Positions 1-8,025 of a DNA stretch of 10,446 nt are shown here, one piece after another. The first letter of the stretch is position 1. Every line of letters begins with the position of its first letter. The notes beneath the pieces are model-generated. The model saw only the letters and a list, made by a program, of their open reading frames with translations. It did no database searches and had not been told where the DNA came from. Position numbers and translations under genes: made by a program. This DNA comes from Atribacterota bacterium (GTDB lineage: Bacteria > Atribacterota > Phoenicimicrobiia > Phoenicimicrobiales > Stramentimicrobiaceae), in contig JAXGNR010000021.1 of assembly GCA_040767965.1 (NCBI GenBank), positions 1-10,446 of the forward strand. The letters run 5' to 3'.

Positions 1-869
1 CTATCAACAAGAGCTGTGATTGGTATTTTTGGGGCATATTGCTTCCCTTCAGTAATATCAGCTGAAGTTGAAAACGCTAATGAAGCTCCATTAATGATAT
101 TTTTAAATCTTTTTTTCAAGTCTTCTAGATATATTAAATTTTTAGACCTAACAATGAAATCAGTTATTATCTTTTGGTTTATATCAGTGTTATTATTAAA
201 CAAATATGTGTAATGAATTCTTGCATCATCTACCATATGTTCTCTTAAAAACTCTATACCCAAAAAAGATATTAGCATTGTATCAATCTCTCTCTCGGTT
301 AAATTTTTGTTAAAATATTCTGAGTCTTTTTTACTACTGGAAAATGCTATTTTATAATGCATTGCTGCCAGTGTTTTCAAGTCAGTTGTTGTTTCTGTTC
401 CGCCATGCATAATCATTGCTATATCAATATCATTAAAACATCCATTTTCAATCATTTTTATTTTTCCACCACTTTGACCATAACCTTCTTCATCTGGGCA
501 CCCATAAACCACTATTTTAAATGGATATTTATCTGAAAGAGTGTTTATTATAGCAATTGCTGCTCCAACAGCACATGGACCCTGCATGTTATGTCCGCAG
601 GCATGTCCTATGCCAAACAAAGCATCGTATTCACATAATAATCCAATAGACGGTCCTCCTGGAAAACTTTCGTATTCTGCCCGAAAAGATGTTTTGTGGC
701 CACCTATTCCCAATTGCACTTTAAAGCCATTTTTTTCTAAATATTTAGATAAAACTTCTGATGACTGAAATTCTTGACAACCTACTTCTGAAAAATTAAA
801 TATTGTATCAGATAAATTTATTAATTCTTTTGATATCTTGTCTATATGTAAAAATATCTTTTCTTTCAT
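1..869 (-). CDS. M20 family metallo-amidohydrolase (M20D, Acy1L2/AbgB-like); partial, 3' end lies beyond the window edge
   Basis: Absent from the ORF track, so translated by hand. The frame is open from ATG 869 (SD AAGGAG at 878-883, 8 nt spacing) to position 1, giving 289 codons: MKEKIFLHIDKISKELINLSDTIFNFSEVGCQEFQSS...IGLLCEYDALFGIGHACGHNMQG...VVYGCPDEEG...GGKIKMIENGCFNDIDIAMIMHG...GIEFLREHM...RIHY. EYDAL, HACGHN, P(A/D)EE and MxH are hallmark M20D metal-binding and catalytic motifs. Confidence 0.9.
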   Translation of the reverse strand, partial: MKEKIFLHIDKISKELINLSDTIFNFSEVGCQEFQSSEVLSKYLEKNGFKVQLGIGGHKTSFRAEYESFPGGPSIGLLCEYDALFGIGHACGHNMQGPCAVGAAIAIINTLSDKYPFKIVVYGCPDEEGYGQSGGKIKMIENGCFNDIDIAMIMHGGTETTTDLKTLAAMHYKIAFSSSKKDSEYFNKNLTEREIDTMLISFLGIEFLREHMVDDARIHYTYLFNNNTDINQKIITDFIVRSKNLIYLEDLKKRFKNIINGASLAFSTSADITEGKQYAPKIPITALVD

Positions 870-921
870 TATCATTTCTCCTTAAATATTTTTAAAATAA
901 TTCTAGCCAATTAAAATTACA

Positions 922-1869
922 TTAAACTTTAAAACAGCTTACAAAATGGTTGTTAGAATATTCTAAAAGGCTTGGATCCTTTTCCCTACAAGCATCATCA
1001 GCCAAAAAACATCTTCCTGCAAACCTGCAGCCAGGTTTGGGATTAATTGGACTAGGAACATCTCCTTTTAGGATTATTCTTTTTCGATTAATATTTAATT
1101 TAGGGATAGGAACCGCTGATAACAATGCTTTTGTGTATGGATGTAATGGATTTTTAAATATTTCGTTTGAACTTGCTATTTCTACTATTTTACCTAAATA
1201 CATCACTGCAACCCTATTACTGATATGTTTAACAACACTTAAATCGTGTGAAATAAATAAATAAGTTAAATTCATCTCATTTTGCAAATCTTTAAGTAAA
1301 TTAATTACTTGTGCTTGTATTGAAACATCTAATGCAGATACTGGTTCATCTAAAACAATAAAGGAAGGATTTAGGGCTAAAGCCCTAGCTATTCCAACTC
1401 TTTGTCTCCGACCACCATCTAGCTCATGAGGATACGCATTTACCATTCTATTGGACAGTCCTACTTTTCCCATTAAGTCATAAATATGATTTGTCATATC
1501 TTTTTTTTCACGATAAACATTTTGAACTATAAAGGGCTCTGAAATACTTTCAAAAACACTTTTTCTGCCATCTAATGAAGAATAAGGATCTTGAAATACA
1601 ATCTGAATTTCTTTTCTTGCATTTTTTAAATCTTTTTTGCTTAATTCAAGAAGGTTTATGCCTTTAAAATATATTTCTCCGCTTGTGCTTTCAATCAATC
1701 TCAATATTAACCTTCCTATTGTTGATTTTCCGCATCCAGATTCGCCAACCAGTCCAAGAGTTTCCCCTTTATCTATGTAAAAACTCACATTGTCTACAGC
1801 ATGTAGCAAGCCTTTTTTTACATTAAAATATTTTTTTAAGTTTTTTATTTCTAATATTCCATTGTCCAA
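922..1869 (-). CDS. dppF: Oligopeptide/dipeptide ABC transporter ATP-binding subunit (DppF/OppF family)
   Basis: Walker A GESGCGKS, Q-loop IVFQDP, variant signature LDGGRRQR, Walker B IVLDEP, H-loop SHDL, and C-terminal HPYT...PGCRF..RC domain. Start is TTG 1875 or TTG 1869; 1869 is better spaced from GAGG at 1878-1881. Symbol is a family-level label. Confidence 0.93.
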   Translation of the reverse strand: MDNGILEIKNLKKYFNVKKGLLHAVDNVSFYIDKGETLGLVGESGCGKSTIGRLILRLIESTSGEIYFKGINLLELSKKDLKNARKEIQIVFQDPYSSLDGRKSVFESISEPFIVQNVYREKKDMTNHIYDLMGKVGLSNRMVNAYPHELDGGRRQRVGIARALALNPSFIVLDEPVSALDVSIQAQVINLLKDLQNEMNLTYLFISHDLSVVKHISNRVAVMYLGKIVEIASSNEIFKNPLHPYTKALLSAVPIPKLNINRKRIILKGDVPSPINPKPGCRFAGRCFLADDACREKDPSLLEYSNNHFVSCFKV

Positions 1870-1902
1870 TTTCAATACCTCATTATATTTATGTATTCTA
1901 AA

Positions 1903-2871
1903 TTATACATTCGGGCATTTAACAAAATGTCCTTTTTCTATTTCTACATTATCAGGCATTACAGTTTTACATTTTTCTGTTGCAATTGGGCATCTAGGGT
2001 AAAAACTACATCCTTTTGGCAAATTAATTGGATCAGGCATTAGTCCAAATATTGGTCTGAGTATATTTTCTTCACTTGTAATGTCTGGGATACATTCAAA
2101 AAGACCTTTAGTATAAGGGTGTTTAGGGTTTAAAAAAATATGATTTTTATTGCCATACTCCACTATCTCTCCAGCATAAATAATTGCTACAGAATTGCAA
2201 ACTTCAGCAACTACTCCTAGATCATGAGTAATCATAATTACCGATGTATTATATTTGGATATTAAATCTTTCATCATTTCCAATACTTGTGCCTGAATAG
2301 TAACATCTAAGGCAGTGGTAGGTTCATCTGCAATAAGAAGTTTGGGATTACATACTAAAGCCATCGCGATAACAACACGTTGTTTCATTCCTCCGCTAAG
2401 CTGATGAGGATAATCATTGGCTCTCTCTTTATCAATTCCCACCTGACCCAACATGTCACCTGCCATATTTAAGGCTCTTTTCCAATTATGACAATCATGG
2501 AGAGAAATCGCTTCTGCTATTTGATTTCCAATTGGAATAACAGGATTTAACGATGTCATAGGATCTTGAAAAATCATAGAAATTTGTTTTCCTCTGATTG
2601 CTCTCATTTCTTTTTCATTCTTCTTTAATAGGTCTAATCCTTCAAAGAATATCTTACCGTTTATTATTTTTGCTGGCGGGTTTGGTAATATCCTCATAAT
2701 TCCTTTTACTGTTGTTGTTTTTCCAGCACCGGTTTCACCAACAAGTCCCAATATCTGTCCCTGTTCCATAGCCAAATTGAGATTTCTTACTGCCTGCACT
2801 TTGCCTTCATGAGTTAAATAATGTATCGTTAAATCTTTTACTTCTAATAATTTGGCTTCATTTTTGCTCAT
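1903..2871 (-). CDS. dppD: Oligopeptide/dipeptide ABC transporter ATP-binding subunit (DppD/OppD family)
   Basis: Walker A GETGAGKT, MIFQDPMTSLNP, signature LSGGMKQR, Walker B LIADEPTTALDV, THDLGVV, and Cys-rich C-terminus. SD GGAGG at 2881-2885. Symbol is a family-level label. Confidence 0.95.
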   Translation of the reverse strand: MSKNEAKLLEVKDLTIHYLTHEGKVQAVRNLNLAMEQGQILGLVGETGAGKTTTVKGIMRILPNPPAKIINGKIFFEGLDLLKKNEKEMRAIRGKQISMIFQDPMTSLNPVIPIGNQIAEAISLHDCHNWKRALNMAGDMLGQVGIDKERANDYPHQLSGGMKQRVVIAMALVCNPKLLIADEPTTALDVTIQAQVLEMMKDLISKYNTSVIMITHDLGVVAEVCNSVAIIYAGEIVEYGNKNHIFLNPKHPYTKGLFECIPDITSEENILRPIFGLMPDPINLPKGCSFYPRCPIATEKCKTVMPDNVEIEKGHFVKCPNV

Positions 2872-2964
2872 ATTAGTCAGCCTCCAAACGCAACTGTCTT
2901 TTTAGAATAATATATTTTTATTTTTTGGATAATTTGGAAATAAATTTTATTAATAAATTTAAGT

Positions 2965-3873
2965 TTAATCTTTAAGTTTTGGGTCAAGCGCATCTCTCAA
3001 TCCATCACCAATTAAATTCATAGCATAGATAGCAAACATTATTGCAATTCCAGGAAATGTGCAAACATGGGGACTATGTCTTAAAAAATCTCTCCCTGTG
3101 GAAAGCATGGAACCCCATTCAGGAGTAGGAGGAACAATCCCTAATCCTAAAAAACTTAAGGAAGCACACGAAAGAATCGCAGTACCAACACTCATGCTTA
3201 TTTGAATGATCATAGGGGCCATACTGTTTGGGATTATATGTTGGGTTATAATATAAAAATCGCTTGCGCCTGTTGCTCTTGAAGCTTCTATAAATTCTTG
3301 CTCACGAACAGACAAAACAGCACCTCTCATGACTCTGCAATATCTTGGCATAGTTGAAATGCCAATTGCTACCATCATATTTTGTAAACCTGGGCCTAAT
3401 GCTGAAACAATTGCAATTGCTAACAATATTTGAGGTATGGCCATAAATATATCCATTATTCTCATAATTATATTATCTATTCTACCCCCAAAAAAGCCAC
3501 CAATTGAACCCAGGGAACTTCCTAATAAAAATGCAATGCCAACAGCAATCAATCCGACAGATATTGAAATCCTTGAACCATAAACAATTCTACTGAAAAC
3601 ATCACGTCCAAGTTCATCTGTCCCAAGTATGTGTTCCTTTGTAGGTGCTTTCAATCGATTTAATAAATTTTGCTCAAGAGGATCATGTGTCGCTATTATC
3701 GGAGAAAAAATAGCAAGGGAAATTAAGATAATTAACATTATCAAACCAACGACAGCGGATTTATTTCTACGAAATCTTCTCCAGATTTCAGCACTTTGAC
3801 TTTTTTTGGCATATTTTATTTCTGTCTCAATGCTAATATTCTTTGGCTGAATTTCTTTGTTTTTCCTATTCAT
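2965..3873 (-). CDS. dppC: Oligopeptide/dipeptide ABC transporter permease (DppC/OppC family)
   Basis: IWRRFRRNKSA N-terminal motif, HILGTDELGRDVFSRIVYGSRIS, EAA loop EFIEASRATGAS, LSFLGLG..PPTPEWG, and GDGLRDALDPK. Start is ATG 3873 (GGAG upstream) or GTG 3885, which overlaps the dppB stop. Confidence 0.95.
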   Translation of the reverse strand: MNRKNKEIQPKNISIETEIKYAKKSQSAEIWRRFRRNKSAVVGLIMLIILISLAIFSPIIATHDPLEQNLLNRLKAPTKEHILGTDELGRDVFSRIVYGSRISISVGLIAVGIAFLLGSSLGSIGGFFGGRIDNIIMRIMDIFMAIPQILLAIAIVSALGPGLQNMMVAIGISTMPRYCRVMRGAVLSVREQEFIEASRATGASDFYIITQHIIPNSMAPMIIQISMSVGTAILSCASLSFLGLGIVPPTPEWGSMLSTGRDFLRHSPHVCTFPGIAIMFAIYAMNLIGDGLRDALDPKLKD

Positions 3874-3884
3874 TTTTTTCTCCA

Positions 3885-4817
3885 CTACTTATATTGAGAT
3901 TTTAGACGAGGATCAGCAAAGGTATAAAGTATATCAACTATCAAATTTACGATGCTAAAAGCTAAGGCGATTATTAATACTCCTCCCTGGACTATAGGAT
4001 AATTACGTGCTTTTATGGCATCAACCATCATTTTACCCATTCCAGGGACTGCAAATACAGACTCAGTTAATACTGCCCCTCCCAGCATTACTCCAAATCT
4101 AATACCAATTACTGTTATTATTGGTATTAGAGCATTCTTTAGCGCATGATTTAAAATTATATTTTTCTCTTTTTGACCTTTTGCTCGAGCTGTTACAATA
4201 TAATCCTGTCTTATTACTTCTAGCATGCTAGACCTGGTCATTCTTGTGATTACCGCTGCAGTACTTGTCCCAATCGTAATTGTTGGTAAAATCATATGTT
4301 TCCAGCTAGAAAAACCAGTTGCTGGTAACCAGCCAAGATAAACCGAAAATAGCAGCATTAATAACAATCCTTGCCAAAAGTTTGGCATAGCAGTACCAAT
4401 CATTGCTAATATCATTGAAATATTATCAAAAATGGAGTATTGCTTAACAGCAGATATAATACCTAGTACAAGACCTATGATTACAGCTAAAGCTACCGAT
4501 AAACCAGCCAATTTTACAGTATTAGGGAAGGTTTGAGCTATCCTTGTAGTAACAGGTTGTCTTGTAGCATAACATATTCCCAGATCTCCTTTTGTTACGA
4601 AATTCCATAAAAACCTTCCAAATCGTACAAGAAAAGGATCATTAAGGCCCATCTCTTCTCTTAATGCATCAATTGCTTCTTGCGATGCTCCTTCTTCACT
4701 CAATAATATTTCAGCAGGGTCACCTGGAGTAATATACATTAAAGTAAAGACTATCAATGATACAAAAAACATCACAGGAATTAGCATAAATAATCGATAA
4801 AAAATATATTTTATCAT
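3885..4817 (-). CDS. dppB: Oligopeptide/dipeptide ABC transporter permease (DppB/OppB family)
   Basis: PGDPA, GLNDP, TRMTRSSMLEV, EAA loop DYIVTARAKG, HALKNALIP, ESVFAVPGMG, and DILY..DPR. ATG 4817 (MIKYIFYRL) matches the typical DppB N-terminus and has GGAAGG upstream, so it is preferred over the track start at 4841. Confidence 0.95.
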   Translation of the reverse strand: MIKYIFYRLFMLIPVMFFVSLIVFTLMYITPGDPAEILLSEEGASQEAIDALREEMGLNDPFLVRFGRFLWNFVTKGDLGICYATRQPVTTRIAQTFPNTVKLAGLSVALAVIIGLVLGIISAVKQYSIFDNISMILAMIGTAMPNFWQGLLLMLLFSVYLGWLPATGFSSWKHMILPTITIGTSTAAVITRMTRSSMLEVIRQDYIVTARAKGQKEKNIILNHALKNALIPIITVIGIRFGVMLGGAVLTESVFAVPGMGKMMVDAIKARNYPIVQGGVLIIALAFSIVNLIVDILYTFADPRLKSQYK

Positions 4818-4915
4818 ATAGTTTTCTACCTTCCCATACAATCTATTATTAAAAATATTTATTTAAAGATAAAATAAAACAAAAATATGGAAATCAATTT
4901 TATATTATTAATTAG

Positions 4916-5914
4916 TCATTTTCTGAGATTTACAATAGCCTTATCTTCGATTTTTTCTAAACCATTCTTAAAAAAACCCACTATCATATTAGCAGCAGAT
5001 ACACCCATTCTATCAAACGATTCTTTGGTTATACCAGCTATATGTGGAGTAGTTACAACATTGTTTAACTGCAAAAGCTTATTATGAATGAAGTTTGGGG
5101 GTTCCATTTCAAAAACATCAATTCCTGCTCCTGCTATTCTGTTCTCTTGAAGAGCATCAATCAATGCATTTTCATCAATAACTTCTCCTCTAGAAGTATT
5201 GATTATATAGGAATTCTTTTTCATCAATAAAAATTCATTTTTTCCAAGAAGATGAAATGTATCTTTATTTAAAGGGCAGTTAACACTAATAATATCAGAC
5301 TCTTTTAAGAGTAATTCAAGGTTATCTACCAATTTAACTGATTTTGGAATATCTTTTATTGATAGAAAAGGATCAAAAACCAATATATTCATTTGCAGAG
5401 GCTTCAATAAATCAACTATTTTAGAGCCAATTCTCCCAAAACCAATAATTCCAACATTTTTTTTATATAATTCTTCTCCTTGGTTAATGTCTCTATTCCA
5501 ATTTCTATTACATGTTAGCCCTTTATGATTTAATAATATTCGTTTAAATAGAACAAGCATTAAAGTTAAAACATGTTCTGCGACAGATTGCGAATTTGCA
5601 CCAACAGTGATTAATACTGGAATATTAAGGTTAGTTGCAGCATCAATATCTATATTATTATATCCGACTCCGTGCTTAACAATAATCTTCAGTTTATTAG
5701 AAGAATTGATTACTTCTCTATCAATAATCCCCTTTCGAACAATTAATCCATCTATTTGCTTTTGTTTAGAAATAAATGCAATTTCAGAAGAGGATGCATA
5801 ATCTTCTGTGTATATAATTTGAAAATTATTTTTAGTTAATATTTTCTTTGCTTCTTCACCTAACTTAGAACCGGTAATTAATATTGTTTTAGATTGAACG
5901 CTATTTTGTTTCAT
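4916..5914 (-). CDS. NAD-dependent D-isomer-specific 2-hydroxyacid dehydrogenase (phosphoglycerate dehydrogenase-like, no ACT domain)
   Basis: HGVGYNNID, NSQSVAEH, Rossmann GIIGFGRIG followed by FDPF (Asp suggests NAD preference), INTSRG (Arg), DVFEMEP (Glu), and TPHIAG (His). Start is ATG 5914 or TTG 5929. Confidence 0.92.
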   Translation of the reverse strand: MKQNSVQSKTILITGSKLGEEAKKILTKNNFQIIYTEDYASSSEIAFISKQKQIDGLIVRKGIIDREVINSSNKLKIIVKHGVGYNNIDIDAATNLNIPVLITVGANSQSVAEHVLTLMLVLFKRILLNHKGLTCNRNWNRDINQGEELYKKNVGIIGFGRIGSKIVDLLKPLQMNILVFDPFLSIKDIPKSVKLVDNLELLLKESDIISVNCPLNKDTFHLLGKNEFLLMKKNSYIINTSRGEVIDENALIDALQENRIAGAGIDVFEMEPPNFIHNKLLQLNNVVTTPHIAGITKESFDRMGVSAANMIVGFFKNGLEKIEDKAIVNLRK

Positions 5915-6042
5915 ATTAAGATCTTTCAAAAGCTAGTGTTTAGGAATTAATTAAATAATAATTAAATAATAATTAATAAAACTGATATTGTAATAAAATA
6001 TTTAAAAGGCATCTAAATAAAGAAATAATAAACATATTAAAG

Positions 6043-6099
6043 TAAAAACAAATGTCTATACTGGGAGTTTATACAGTCCAGCATAGACATTTGTTTTTA
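6043..6099 (-). terminator. Long stem-loop directly after the SBP stop codon; probable intrinsic terminator or mRNA-stabilising hairpin
   Basis: A perfect 17-bp inverted repeat (TAAAAACAAATGTCTAT at 6043-6059, ATAGACATTTGTTTTTA at 6083-6099) extends inward through CTGG/CCAG. On the minus-strand RNA the one mismatch is a G-U pair, giving a 22-bp stem, a 13-nt loop and a U-rich 3' arm. Confidence 0.75.
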
Positions 6100-6105
6100 T
6101 AAATA

Positions 6106-7631
6106 CTAATCAGCAAAGTATACAGTTGAATATTCAATTCTTTCATTTGGAATAGTATTAAAGCCTCTGACTTTTGAGTTTAAAGCTACACTGGAGTATT
6201 CGTAACACAAATATATTAACAAAGCTTCGTCATGAATTACTTTTTGTACCTCCAGATAAATCTTGTTTCTTTCTTCAAGATCCATTGTTATCTTTGCCCT
6301 TTCAAGCAAGTTATCAACATATGGATTAGAATAATTTACTCTACTTCCACCTGGCCCATGATTAGAAGAATGGAATAATTTCATTAATCCTTCACCAGTT
6401 TCACCAATATTGAAAGCGCTTCTAACTGGCATTACTTCTTGGTTCATTCTATTTGCATTCTCGGTTAAGGCTCCGCTTTCCATTGGATTCAGTGAAAGAG
6501 TTACACCAACTTCTGCCCACTGAGCTTGCAACATCTGCGCCATAAGGTTATTGGTCGCATTTGCAAGGTAAGTGAAAGAAGTTTTGTAATTATCTTCATA
6601 GCCGGCTTCTTTTAACAGCTCTCTCGCTTTTTCTGGATTATAATCATACAATGGTAGGTTTTCATGTCTTCCACCTAAACAGGGGGGACAATTGTTGTAG
6701 CTTTTTGTGCTCCCATTTTTGTATATAAAACTTCTCTTATAGTATCGATATCAGTGGCATAATTTAAAGCTTGTCTGACTTTTTTATCTGCTAAACTATT
6801 TTGTGTTGTATTAAAAGCTATATACCTAACATATATGCTAGGATAAAGAACAAGATTGATATTTTCATCAGCATCAAGTCTTTCATAGTCAATTGCAGGT
6901 AAGACCAAAGCTGCATCGACACCACCGCTTTCAATTTCTACAACTCTACTGCTTTGTTCGGTTATAATACGGAACACTACACTCTTTAATTTTGCATTTT
7001 CCCCCCAGAAGTCATCAAAACGTTCAATTGTAATATTGTCACCTGCTGTCCATGATTTAAATTTAAAAGGTCCGGTACCAATAGGATTAATATTGGCATC
7101 TCCTCCTGCTTCAATGGCTGCTTTTTCGCTAACAATACTTAAATGTGTTAGACATAATAAACTGGTGAATGGTGCGTACTCCTCTTTAGTCCTTATTATT
7201 ACCGTATAATCATCAGGTGTCTCAAACCCTTCCATGTCAATTTCAGCAGTATAAGCCCCACTTACAGGTTTTTCGTTTGCCCTCTTTAGGCTATATATAA
7301 CATCATTAGCCTTTAGCTCTTCACCATTATGAAACTTTACTCCTTTTCTTAAATTAAAACGATAAGTTAAGCTATCAATCTGTTCATAACTCTCAGCTAA
7401 TCCAGGAACAATATTCATATCAGTATCAAAATCAAGTAAAGTATCAAATATTTGAGCAACTATGGTACATGTAATAGAAATGTTTGTGGCAGTAGGGTCT
7501 AATGACTGTGGCTCGCGATCAATTGCTACTGTCATAACTTCTTTTGCAGCAAAACTTGTTGCAGATAACATTGCCACTAAGAAAAATACCATTAACAGTA
7601 AATTCAAGAGCGTTTTTAAATTTTTTTTCAT
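6106..7631 (-). pseudogene. ABC transporter substrate-binding protein, family 5 (DppA/OppA-like), interrupted by a 1-bp frameshift near 6678-6687; either a pseudogene or a sequencing error
   Basis: ORF 6675-7631 has a signal peptide, EPQSLDP, IFDTLL, PGLAES, LRKGVKFHNGE and PIGTGPFKF. ORF 6106-6651 has YDYNPEKARELLKEAG...ERNKIY. These are the N- and C-terminal parts of one SBP_bac_5 protein in different frames. Adding one base joins them as IVPP(G/C)LGGRHENLPLYDYNPEKA, about 508 aa. SD AAAGGA lies upstream of ATG 7631. Confidence 0.88.
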
Positions 7632-7649
7632 ATTTTATTTCCTTTCTTT

Positions 7650-7976
7650 TTATTCATCGACTTTTATTTTGATTTTCAATAATGGAGCATACTGTTGTGC
7701 TCCATAAACATCAGTATCTCCAACAGTCCCTGAAGATATTGTTCTGGCTATAGTAACTTTAATAGCATTGGCAGGTTCGTATTCTCCAAAATAAGTAATT
7801 TTTTCAATTGGAATATGGTACAGTTTAGCAAACAATTCTTTGGTAATAGATTTACTTCTCTTGACAAATTGATATGATTCTTGGTCTTTAAAAAGAAGGT
7901 CAAAAGTTATCTCAAATGGACCAGCATTTTTACTTCTAATAATTTTAGCTAACTTTGTTATTGGTATCTCCTTCAT
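7650..7976 (-). CDS. DUF4387 family protein (small partner of the AtuA-like protein)
   Basis: LAKIIRSKNAGPFEITFD and GDTDVYGAQQYAPL match my recollection of the DUF4387 consensus. SD GGAGG at 7986-7990; start is ATG 7976 or TTG 7979. It lies directly downstream of the DUF1446 gene. Confidence 0.85.
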   Translation of the reverse strand: MKEIPITKLAKIIRSKNAGPFEITFDLLFKDQESYQFVKRSKSITKELFAKLYHIPIEKITYFGEYEPANAIKVTIARTISSGTVGDTDVYGAQQYAPLLKIKIKVDE

Positions 7977-8025
7977 CAATAAATACCTCCTGATTAAGTA
8001 TTTAATATGTTTATACTACAAAATA

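Noticed and set aside
16-768. Plus-strand ORFs 16-213 and 541-768
   Set aside because: Both are antisense shadows of the M20 amidohydrolase gene and carry no recognisable motifs.
2941-2961. A/T palindrome centred on TTTATTAATAAA after the dppC stop
   Set aside because: It has no G-C pairs, is too weak for a terminator and is expected at this base composition.
950-5801. Short plus-strand ORFs 950-1264, 1790-2002, 4887-5087 and 5607-5801
   Set aside because: They are antisense to well-supported genes, show no family motifs and have no convincing SD.
4916-5914. Assigning the symbol serA to the dehydrogenase
   Set aside because: It has no regulatory domain and sits in a catabolic context. The motifs only support a family-level call.
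5949-5977. Tandem AATTAAATAAT repeat, about 2.5 copies, upstream of the dehydrogenase
   Set aside because: It is pure A/T low-complexity sequence in an AT-rich spacer, has no spacers (not CRISPR) and is plausible by chance or slippage.
6106-6651. The 181-aa ORF as an independent gene
   Set aside because: It is the C-terminal lobe of the frameshifted SBP, has no signal peptide, and its TTG start is an internal Leu codon.
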